Translations under genes and position numbers: made by a program | The notes under the pieces: model-generated | What the model was told of the DNA's origin: nothing | What the model saw: only the letters and a program-made list of their open reading frames with translations | The model's database searches: none | In this document: piece by piece, positions 19,414-27,226 of the stretch | How the letters are laid out: each line of letters opens with the position of its first letter | Numbering within the stretch: the first letter of the stretch is position 1 | Assembly: GCA_036351775.1 (NCBI GenBank) | Contig: JAZBPX010000064.1 | Coordinates: 247,241-311,240, forward strand | DNA from: Pacificimonas sp. | GTDB lineage: Bacteria > Pseudomonadota > Alphaproteobacteria > Sphingomonadales > Sphingomonadaceae | DNA: 64,000 nt | Direction: 5' to 3'

Positions 19414-20145
19414 CTAGAGCGTCAGACGGTAACGGCCCGGTCCTGTCTCGGTGAACCCGTTCGCCAGCAGGGCCGGGCCGTTCGCCTGTTCGACGCCCGT
19501 TATGTCGAGCCAAGCGGTCACAGTGCCCGCCGCCGACAGTTCCACCATCAGCGCGGCGCTGCCCGTCCCCAGCGAGCCGGTAAGCGGCAATTGCGCCTGG
19601 TCCCCCTGACAGGCCAGCGCGCCCTGAAGTGTTGCGGCTGGCAGGCCGAAGGCGCCTGCCGCTGCGGTGAGTGCGTCCGTGTTCGCGGTGCCGCCCGCCT
19701 CCACACACTGGCCGTCCTCAAAGCGAACCGAAACGTCCTGAAGCGTAAGTCGGCCCGCGCCGGGAAAGCCGAGATCGGCGACCGCGATCGACCCTGTGAG
19801 GTCATTCAGGGCATAGCCGCTGCGATAGCCAGTCAGGGCACCGCTGAGGCCGCCCGGTCCTGGATCGTCATCGTCACCGCTGCGGAACCGAAGCTGCGCC
19901 TGCCCGATCAGCAGCCGCCATGTCGAAAGCCGCGCCGCCGGATCGCCGAGCGGCAGGTTGCCGAGCCACGCCTCCCGCATTTGCGCGCTCCAGACCGAAC
20001 CATCGACTTGGCGCGCGCTGAACCCGCGTTCCTGAAAGCCGAGCGCGGACAGGGCCGTCTGCATCGGCAGGAGCGCCGCGATGGCAAAGACCGAGAGCAG
20101 CGTGATCAGCGCCGCGCGCCGAATGTCGAGGCGGAACCGCTTCAT
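19414..20145 (-). CDS. gspN: type II secretion system protein N
   Basis: Last gene of the gsp operon. ATG 20145 (MKRFRLDIRRAALITLLSVFAIAALL, one N-terminal TM) overlaps the gspM stop as ATGA. The upstream part of the 412-aa ORF is Arg/Pro-rich read-through. Confidence 0.7.
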   Translation of the reverse strand: MKRFRLDIRRAALITLLSVFAIAALLPMQTALSALGFQERGFSARQVDGSVWSAQMREAWLGNLPLGDPAARLSTWRLLIGQAQLRFRSGDDDDPGPGGLSGALTGYRSGYALNDLTGSIAVADLGFPGAGRLTLQDVSVRFEDGQCVEAGGTANTDALTAAAGAFGLPAATLQGALACQGDQAQLPLTGSLGTGSAALMVELSAAGTVTAWLDITGVEQANGPALLANGFTETGPGRYRLTL

Positions 20146-20588
20146 TCCGCGCGTGCCACAACAAGGGTCGCCGACAGGGTATCGTCGGCATTGGCGCGAA
20201 TTTCGGCGCTGCGGACGACAACGCCGCTTCGTTCGAGCGCGGACAGCGCTGAGAACAGGATGTCGGCGCGCGCCGCCGGGATGCGCGCGGTCGTGCCATC
20301 CGGCCCCGACTGAAGCTCGGCGGCAAGGCCGAAGCGTTCGAGCGTCGCGCCGACATCGTCCGCGCCGTTCAGGCCGCCGGCACCGAGCCGCCCGAGAAGG
20401 ACATCTGCCTCCGCATAGTCGGTCAGGCGCTCCTGATAGTCGGTGCGCGCCGCCGACCGCCAGTCGAGGACCGGGTCCACGAGCAGCAGCCAGAGAAGCG
20501 CCAACAGGCTGAGCGCGGCGAGGAGCGCAAGGAGGCTGCGCTCTCGCAGGCTGTACCCCTGCCAGCGCACCTTCAGTCCGGCGATCAT
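20142..20588 (-). CDS. gspM: type II secretion system protein M
   Basis: About 148 aa with a single TM (SLLALLAALSLLALLWLLLV). ATGA overlaps with gspL and gspN. Its position follows canonical operon order. Confidence 0.7.
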   Translation of the reverse strand: MIAGLKVRWQGYSLRERSLLALLAALSLLALLWLLLVDPVLDWRSAARTDYQERLTDYAEADVLLGRLGAGGLNGADDVGATLERFGLAAELQSGPDGTTARIPAARADILFSALSALERSGVVVRSAEIRANADDTLSATLVVARAE

Positions 20589-21682
20589 GGCGTGATCTCC
20601 ACGGCGGCGCGGTTGCCCGTCCCCTCGCCGCCCGACACGGGACCGGCGACAAAGCGAAGGCCCGCGGCCTCTACCCCGGCGCGCAGGGCCTCCGGATCCG
20701 CGCCCGGCGCGACAGCCAGCTCGGCCATTAGCCGCCCGCCCTGCCAGTCCAGGCTGACGATGGTGAGACCCGCACTGCCGCGGATGCCGGCGGTCAGCGC
20801 CTCGAAAGCAAGCATGAACGCCCCGCCCGCGCCGCGCTCCGCTGCCGCCAGCCGAAGCGCCGGAAGCGCGGCACCGGGCGTCTGCGCGTTCACGCCCGCG
20901 GCCGCCACGGTCTCGGCGATCACCGCCTCGAGCGCGTGCGCCGACCGGTCGTGCCGCCACGCATCGAAAAGCGCGGACAGCCACAGGGCAACCAGAGCGA
21001 GACCGACCAGCAGCGCAGTCCGCCGCGTGGTTCCCTGTCCGGCCGCAGGCTGTGCGGCGGCAAAATCCCCCTGCAGAAGGTTGAGCGCTGGCGTTTCGCT
21101 TTCGGCCAGTTGCATCTGGCGAATATCGGCTGCGCTGAGGTGCCGGACTGCAGCGCCGCCGATCACCGCCTTCGCCAGGGCCGGATCGGCGGCAAAGGCT
21201 TCATCCGGCCCGCGGGCAAGGATGTCGCCAAAGGTGCCCGGACCGCTGACGAAGCCATCGATCGGCGCGGTCAGCAGCACCGGCTCCGGCACCATCACAG
21301 TCGGCGTTATGCGAAGCCGCGCGCAGGCCCCCAGCCAGTCGGTCATGACGTCCCGGTCGACCAGAGCGACGAGGCGGTTTCCGCCCTCCTCAGCGGTTTC
21401 GCTCACCGCGACATGAGCCGCGCCGCTGCCCGCCGCGAGGGTATCCGCAAGCGCGAGGCGGGCCGCCGTCCGCGCCTGCGCCGCCGTACCGTCCAGCGCC
21501 TGCCCGTGCACCGGCGCCGACTGGCCCGGGACCGCGACAACGACAAAGTCTTCCGGATCGTGCGGCGGATCGCCGTCACTGTGCCACGCACCCTCCGCCG
21601 CCAGCAGGCCGTCTGCGCCGATCCGCGTGAACCGCACCTCGTCAGCCCCGTCACCCAGCCAGTAGAGGGTGCGGCCGGTCAT
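20585..21682 (-). CDS. gspL: type II secretion system protein L
   Basis: 365 aa with a central TM (TALLVGLALVALWLSALF), lying between gspK and gspM. ATGA overlaps on both sides. Confidence 0.7.
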   Translation of the reverse strand: MTGRTLYWLGDGADEVRFTRIGADGLLAAEGAWHSDGDPPHDPEDFVVVAVPGQSAPVHGQALDGTAAQARTAARLALADTLAAGSGAAHVAVSETAEEGGNRLVALVDRDVMTDWLGACARLRITPTVMVPEPVLLTAPIDGFVSGPGTFGDILARGPDEAFAADPALAKAVIGGAAVRHLSAADIRQMQLAESETPALNLLQGDFAAAQPAAGQGTTRRTALLVGLALVALWLSALFDAWRHDRSAHALEAVIAETVAAAGVNAQTPGAALPALRLAAAERGAGGAFMLAFEALTAGIRGSAGLTIVSLDWQGGRLMAELAVAPGADPEALRAGVEAAGLRFVAGPVSGGEGTGNRAAVEITP

Positions 21683-22680
21683 GCGCCGCCCCAGCGCCGC
21701 TGAAGCAGCTGCGGCCCGCGCTCGCCCAGCCGGATCAGCACGCTTTCCTGCGCCAGGAAACCGCCCTCATCGACGTCGATGTCGGCGCGGAACAAGTCGC
21801 TGTCCATCGCGATCTGATACTGCGCGCGGGCACCCGGCTGCGCGCCGATGGCGAGCGCGGCGCTCCAGAAGTCGGCGCGGCTGTCCCAGCCCGCAGGCGG
21901 CCGGCGCGCGATCAGGCCGCGGGCGGCCGTTACGCTGAAATTGCGCGGGACCAGCATGCCGAGAAGCGGCGCGTCCTCGTCCGTCAGCGTGTTCACATTG
22001 ATGGCCTGCATGTCGGTGGTGGGCAGCGCGCAGAGGAAGGGTTCGATGAGCGCATAGTCTTCCGCCGACCAGTTGGCGACCGCCGTCAGCTCCGCCGGGG
22101 ACGCGACGAGGCCGTTTGGCGTTCGGAAACCCGCATAGGCGCCGTCCTCCGCGCCGCCGCCCTGCGGGAAGGTGTCGCTGTCGATCCAGTCGACGAGCGC
22201 CATCGCCATTGCGTTCGCGCGGGTAAGCGCGATGCCGACGCCCTGCGCCAGGCCGGTGAACTGCTGCACCGCCTGCGGCCGAATGCGGAGCGCGCCGCCG
22301 GGGGTGCCTGCGACGACCGCGTTGACGTTGAAGCAGTGGGAGGCGTCGCTGATCCGGACGCTGATGAAGCCGCCGGCGGTGGGGACGGTCAGCGGTTCGT
22401 CGGCCCAGCCGCCCGCGAGCGTCAGGACGCCGTCCGCCTGGCTGGTCAGGCTTTCGATGCGCTCTGCCGCGACCAGCGCCGCGCCGCGCGCATAGTGATG
22501 CGCCTGCGCCGCCGCGCGGCCATTTCCAGCGAGGGCAAGCGAGCGGTTCATCGTCTCCAGCGTCACGGCGGTCAGCGCGCCCATCACGCCGACGAGCATC
22601 AGGACGGTAAGGAGCGCCATGCCGCGTTCGCTGCGGGGGATGGTGCGGTTGGGGGCGGGAATGGGTAGGCGCACGGTCAC
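21679..22680 (-). CDS. gspK: type II secretion minor pseudopilin K
   Basis: GTG 22680 overlaps the gspJ stop (GTGA). ERGMALLTVLMLVGVMGALTAV is the GspK-type N-terminal helix, followed by a large periplasmic domain. Confidence 0.75.
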   Translation of the reverse strand: MTVRLPIPAPNRTIPRSERGMALLTVLMLVGVMGALTAVTLETMNRSLALAGNGRAAAQAHHYARGAALVAAERIESLTSQADGVLTLAGGWADEPLTVPTAGGFISVRISDASHCFNVNAVVAGTPGGALRIRPQAVQQFTGLAQGVGIALTRANAMAMALVDWIDSDTFPQGGGAEDGAYAGFRTPNGLVASPAELTAVANWSAEDYALIEPFLCALPTTDMQAINVNTLTDEDAPLLGMLVPRNFSVTAARGLIARRPPAGWDSRADFWSAALAIGAQPGARAQYQIAMDSDLFRADIDVDEGGFLAQESVLIRLGERGPQLLQRRWGGA

Positions 22681-23273
22681 TGGCCCGCACCGATCAGGAA
22701 CAGCTGCTCGGTGCGGCCGAGGTTCGGGATATTGAGCGTCAGCCGGAGGGCTTCGGGAAGCGGCGCGTCGGGAGTGATCAGCACCGTTTCGGACCATGCG
22801 CCGTCATAGGCGAAGGCGATCTCGGCCCCGGACGTGCCGGGCAGCATGAGGGCGGCGACCTGCTCTTCGGCGCCGTCGATGTAGCGCGCGCTGCGGCGCT
22901 CGAGGCCGTCCGCGGTCTGGTGCCATTCGACCCAGCTGAGGCCGGGGCGCGCCTCCCCGTCGTCATTGGCGGGGCCGTGGCGGGCGAAGGCGAACAGCGC
23001 GCCGTTTGCGCCTAGTCCGGCTTCTGAACCTGCAGCGATGGCGGGGCGAAGCGTGCCGTCGCGGGCGCGGCTGGGGCGCGGGGCGATCTGGGCGAGGTCG
23101 GCGGCGAGCGCGGCGCGGGTACGCTGGAGCGCGCCGGTTTCGGCGGAGGCGGTCTCAATGCGCTGCGCCGCCTCCACGCTGTTGCCGAGAAGGAGCGCGC
23201 CCGCCGTCGCCAGCATGGCGAAGACGAACAGCGCGACCAGCGTCTCGATAAGGGTGAAGCCGCTCGCCTTCAT
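22677..23273 (-). CDS. gspJ: type II secretion minor pseudopilin J
   Basis: Prepilin-type N-terminus MKASGFTLIETLVALFVFAML. Confidence 0.8.
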   Translation of the reverse strand: MKASGFTLIETLVALFVFAMLATAGALLLGNSVEAAQRIETASAETGALQRTRAALAADLAQIAPRPSRARDGTLRPAIAAGSEAGLGANGALFAFARHGPANDDGEARPGLSWVEWHQTADGLERRSARYIDGAEEQVAALMLPGTSGAEIAFAYDGAWSETVLITPDAPLPEALRLTLNIPNLGRTEQLFLIGAGQ

Positions 23274-23644
23274 GGGACGCGCCGGAAGCCTTCGAGATAC
23301 GCGCGAGCGCCGTCGGCGGATACGGCCTCGACGCGGATCAAGAGGACGCCGCCCACGGCGGTGCGCTCCGCCGTGCGGGTGACGGTCCAGGCGCTGCCGA
23401 GGTTGGTGACGGTTTCGGTGGCGGTGCCGAGGGCGGGCGGCTGCGGCGCGATGGTGGCGGCGATTAGCGCGTTCTCGGCGACGATATCCGCGCGCACCAC
23501 CCGGTCGACGGCGATGGCGGACTGGGCGTGCGCGGTGCCGAGGCGCAGGAGCGCGAGAACGGCAAGGCTGAGGACCGCCATCGCGACCAGCACCTCGACG
23601 AGGGTGAAGCCAGTGTCGCCGCGCTCAGCCCTCGACACGGACAC
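23270..23644 (-). CDS. gspI: type II secretion minor pseudopilin I
   Basis: GTG 23644 (or 23638) gives VSVSRAERGDTGFTLVEVLVAMAVLSLA. The longer 261-aa ORF upstream is Pro/Ser/Ala-rich and overlaps gspH. Confidence 0.75.
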   Translation of the reverse strand: MSVSRAERGDTGFTLVEVLVAMAVLSLAVLALLRLGTAHAQSAIAVDRVVRADIVAENALIAATIAPQPPALGTATETVTNLGSAWTVTRTAERTAVGGVLLIRVEAVSADGARAYLEGFRRVP

Positions 23645-24074
23645 CTCCCGCGGCATCGACGGAGAGGGTCGCAGTGTCATTGGCGGCGCGGAGGCGGAGC
23701 ATCGTGGGCTGGGCAAGGCCGACGGCGTCGAAACGGATGCGGAGGGGGAGGTCCGCGCCGGCGGGGCGGGCTTCGTCCCAGCCCCGGGATTTGAGGGCGC
23801 GGGTGGCGAGCGGCTGCCAGTCGCCGCGCAGGCGCTCCTCGAAGCGGTAGCCGGACTGGTCGACCACGGCCGCCGTTTCCCGCTGCGAGAACAGGGCGTG
23901 GTCGCGGGCGGCGAGGAGACGCGCGCCGAGGCGTTCGGCTTCGGTGCGGGCTTCGTTGCCGCCGCTGCCAAAACCGATGGCGGCAACGGCGGCGGCGAGG
24001 CCGATGATGACGAGCACGACCATGATCTCGACGAGCGTGAAGCCGCCCTCGCCATTTGATCGTGCCCGCCTCAT
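23625..24074 (-). CDS. gspH: type II secretion minor pseudopilin H
   Basis: MRRARSNGEGGFTLVEIMVVLVIIGLAAA prepilin N-terminus. Confidence 0.8.
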   Translation of the reverse strand: MRRARSNGEGGFTLVEIMVVLVIIGLAAAVAAIGFGSGGNEARTEAERLGARLLAARDHALFSQRETAAVVDQSGYRFEERLRGDWQPLATRALKSRGWDEARPAGADLPLRIRFDAVGLAQPTMLRLRAANDTATLSVDAAGGVRVEG

Positions 24075-24079
24075 CTCGG

Positions 24080-24493
24080 TTAGCCGTTCCAGTTGCCGAT
24101 GTCGGCGGCGTCGCCTTCACCGCCCGGCTGGCCGTCCGCACCGAGGGAAAAGACGTCGTATTCGCCGCCGCGCGTGCCGGGGAAGGTGTACTGGTAGGGC
24201 GCGCCCCACGGGTCGTCCGGCAGGCGGCGGAGCGAGCCGTCGGCCTGCAGCACGGCCAGTCCCTCCGCACTGGAGGGGTAGCGGCGGTTGTTGATGCGGT
24301 AGAGCTGCAGCGCCTGGTCGATGACGGCGATATCGGCCTCCGCCTTCTGCCGCTCCGCCGCGCCCTGTGCGGGGAGGACGTTGATGACGACGAAGGTGGT
24401 GAGGAGGCCGATGATGGCGACGACGACCATGATTTCGACGAGGGTGAAGCCCTCCTCCCGCTTTTTCCGCGATTTCATGGCTTTGTGCGACAT
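24080..24493 (-). CDS. gspG: type II secretion major pseudopilin G
   Basis: KREEGFTLVEIMVVVAIIGLL plus the conserved GspG core: DPWGAPYQY...FSLGADGQPGGEG. Confidence 0.92.
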   Translation of the reverse strand: MSHKAMKSRKKREEGFTLVEIMVVVAIIGLLTTFVVINVLPAQGAAERQKAEADIAVIDQALQLYRINNRRYPSSAEGLAVLQADGSLRRLPDDPWGAPYQYTFPGTRGGEYDVFSLGADGQPGGEGDAADIGNWNG

Positions 24494-24504
24494 CGAAGGT
24501 CTCT

Positions 24505-25743
24505 CTAGCTGATGGCGAGGGTGTTGAGCTGCATGATGGGCAGCAGGATGGAGAGGACGATGAGGGCGACGAGGCCGCCCATCAGGACGATGATCGCGGG
24601 TTCGAGGAGGCTGAGCGCGCCGGAGGTGAAGGCGTCGAACTCGCGCTCCATATAGTCGGCGGCGCGGCCGAGCATCACTTCAAGCTGGCCCGACTGTTCG
24701 CCCGATGCCGTCATGTGCACGAGGAGCGGCGGGAAGACCCCGGCGCGGCGCATCGCGCCCGACAGGCTGCCACCCTCATTGACGCTCTCGACGATGCCGA
24801 GCGTCGCCTGGCGCAGCCTGCGGTTGCGGACGGTGCGCGCGGTCACGCTGAGGCCGTCGAGAAGCGGCATGCCGTTCGCTACCACGGTCGAGAGCGTGCG
24901 GGCCAACCGCGCCGCGTTCAGGTCGCGGATCAGACGGCCGAAAAAGGGCAGGCCGAGCATCCAGCTGTCGAAGCGCAGGCGGAAATCCTCGTTCCGAAGC
25001 ATCCGCGCGAAGACCAGCCCGGCAACGGCGAGCCCGACCAGTACCAGAAGACCCCAGTCGGTCATGAAGCTGCTGACGCCGATAACGATGTTGGTGAGGA
25101 GCGGCAGCGTCTGGCCCATGGTGTCGAACTGCTCGACGACCTTTGGCACCACGAACGTCATCAGGCCGATGATGATGAGGAGCGCAACGAGCGCCAGCAT
25201 CGCGGGATAGACGAGCGCGGTGGTGATCTTGCCGCGCACCTCCGCCTGCCGCTCCATCAGATCGGCGAGACGGTTGAGAATCGGCGTCATCGCGCCGGAC
25301 CCCTCGCCTGCCCCGACCATGGCGCGGTAAAGCGGCGGAAAGCTCTTCGGTTCGCGCGACAGAGCGGCGGCAAGGCGCTGCCCCTCGACAACGCCGCCAT
25401 GCACATTGCCGATGATCTGCGCCACGTGGGGCTTTTCGGCCTGCGCGGCGATGGCGCGCAGCGATTCCTCCAGCGGCGAGACCGATACCAAAGTCGCGAG
25501 CTGGCGGGTGAAGAGGGTGAGATCCTTGCTGCCGAGGCGCTTGGCGAACAGCGCCGGGCGGTCGCCGCCCGTTTTCTCCGCCGAGGACGGTGCGGTCGAT
25601 CCGCCCGCCGCCGCGCTGACCTTGACCGGCAGCAGCTTTTTCTGGCGCAGCACTTCGCGCGCACGCAGTTCGGTGGCTGCGCTCAGCCGCCCGCGCTTCT
25701 CCGCGCCGCGTTCGTCGACGGCGAGATACTCAAAGCTCGGCAT
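24505..25743 (-). CDS. gspF: type II secretion inner-membrane platform protein F
   Basis: Internal ATG 25743 gives MPSFEYLAVDERGAEKRG. Two GspF repeats with TM segments follow. Confidence 0.9.
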   Translation of the reverse strand: MPSFEYLAVDERGAEKRGRLSAATELRAREVLRQKKLLPVKVSAAAGGSTAPSSAEKTGGDRPALFAKRLGSKDLTLFTRQLATLVSVSPLEESLRAIAAQAEKPHVAQIIGNVHGGVVEGQRLAAALSREPKSFPPLYRAMVGAGEGSGAMTPILNRLADLMERQAEVRGKITTALVYPAMLALVALLIIIGLMTFVVPKVVEQFDTMGQTLPLLTNIVIGVSSFMTDWGLLVLVGLAVAGLVFARMLRNEDFRLRFDSWMLGLPFFGRLIRDLNAARLARTLSTVVANGMPLLDGLSVTARTVRNRRLRQATLGIVESVNEGGSLSGAMRRAGVFPPLLVHMTASGEQSGQLEVMLGRAADYMEREFDAFTSGALSLLEPAIIVLMGGLVALIVLSILLPIMQLNTLAIS

Positions 25744-27217
25744 CGACCGACAGGTCCTTCCTGAGGATGCGGACGGCCTCTTCGACCGTCGTACGCCCTT
25801 CGGCCACCAGCCGCCGCGCGGACGCCGCCATGCTGGGCGCACCGGCGAAGGCATGGCGGGCAATCGCGCCCTCGTCCGCGCCGGACAGCATCAGTTCGCG
25901 CAGGCCGCCATCGACGCGGATCATCTCGAACACGCCGATGCGGCCCTGGAAGCCGGTCTGGTTGCACTCCGCGCAGCCTTTCGCGGTGTAAATCGGCGTA
26001 CCGGCATCAAGGCGAAGCGGTGCCGCTTCGGCGGCGCTGGCGGGGTGCGGCTCGGCGCAGGCGCGGCAAAGCTGCCGCACCAGCCGCTGCGCCATCACCA
26101 GCCTCAGCGAGGAGGCCATCAGGAACGGCTCGACGCCCAGGTCCTTCAGCCGGGTGATCGCGCCCACGGCATCATTCGTGTGGACCGTCGACAGGACGAG
26201 GTGCCCGGTCAGCGAGGCCTGCACGGCAATCTCCGCGGTCTCGTGATCGCGTATCTCGCCGACCATCACGATGTCCGGATCCTGCCGCAGGATCGCGCGC
26301 AAGCCGCCGGCAAAGGTCATGCCGACCTTCACATTCACCTGCGTCTGGCCGACGCCCTCCATGGCGTATTCGACCGGGTCCTCGACGGTCAGGATATTGC
26401 GCTCGCCGTCGTTCAGCATGCGCAGGCCGGCATAAAGCGACGTGGTCTTGCCGGAGCCGGTCGGGCCGGTGACGAGGATGATGCCGTTGGGTTCGGACAG
26501 CGCCTGCCGGAACACCGCGAGCATGTCGTCCGGCATGCCGAGGTCGGCGGGCGTCAGTTCGGCCTGTTCCTTGTCGAGGATGCGGAGGACCACGCGCTCG
26601 CCGCCGCGCGCGGGCAGGGTCGAGACGCGCACGTCGAGTTCGCGGCCGCCGAGCGCGAGCGACAGGCGCCCGTCCTGCGGCACGCGGCGCTCGGCGATGT
26701 CGAGGCGGGCCATGACCTTGATGCGGCTGGTGACGAGCGGCGCGACCTTCGGCGGCAGGCGGAGGATTTCCTTCAGGACGCCGTCGACGCGCAGGCGTAC
26801 CATCAGCGCACTTTCGAAGGGTTCGATGTGGATGTCGCTGGCGCCGTCGCGGATGGCCTCGGCGAGGATCCCGTTGATGAGCTTGATGACCGGCGCATCG
26901 TCGTTTGTTTCAAGGAGGTCGGCGGCGGCGGGCAGGTCGTCGGCCAACGCGCCGAGATCCCCGGCCTGTGCCAGCTCGCCGGACACCGTGTTGGCATCGA
27001 GCGCGCCGGCGCCGTAGAGTTCGTTCAGACGGGCGTCGAAATCCCTGGCGCTGAGGCGCTCGAAGGCGATGGCGCGGCCAAGCGCGCGGCGGACCTCGAG
27101 GAGGGTTCGCGGGTCAGCATCTTCGCGCAGGCCGATGGGGATCGGACCGCCTTCGCTGGCGGGCAGCGCGACGACGCCGTGCTTCTTCGCGAAAGGATAG
27201 GGAAGGTCCGCCAGCAT
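25730..27217 (-). CDS. gspE: type II secretion ATPase E
   Basis: Walker A GPTGSGKTT, Asp box, Walker B ILRQDPDIVMVGEIRD, tetracysteine CRACAE...CAECN. Confidence 0.95.
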   Translation of the reverse strand: MLADLPYPFAKKHGVVALPASEGGPIPIGLREDADPRTLLEVRRALGRAIAFERLSARDFDARLNELYGAGALDANTVSGELAQAGDLGALADDLPAAADLLETNDDAPVIKLINGILAEAIRDGASDIHIEPFESALMVRLRVDGVLKEILRLPPKVAPLVTSRIKVMARLDIAERRVPQDGRLSLALGGRELDVRVSTLPARGGERVVLRILDKEQAELTPADLGMPDDMLAVFRQALSEPNGIILVTGPTGSGKTTSLYAGLRMLNDGERNILTVEDPVEYAMEGVGQTQVNVKVGMTFAGGLRAILRQDPDIVMVGEIRDHETAEIAVQASLTGHLVLSTVHTNDAVGAITRLKDLGVEPFLMASSLRLVMAQRLVRQLCRACAEPHPASAAEAAPLRLDAGTPIYTAKGCAECNQTGFQGRIGVFEMIRVDGGLRELMLSGADEGAIARHAFAGAPSMAASARRLVAEGRTTVEEAVRILRKDLSVDAEL

Positions 27218-27226
27218 CGGCGCGGC

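Noticed and set aside
20146-20652. N-terminal extensions of the longest ORFs for gspN (also gspM 20589..20984, gspI 23645..24055, gspF 25744..25863, crtB 54144..54239)
   Set aside because: The extensions overlap the upstream gene out of frame. They are Arg/Pro/Gly-rich, and they precede an internal Met or Val that gives the canonical N-terminus and a 4-nt stop/start overlap. I used the shorter models.
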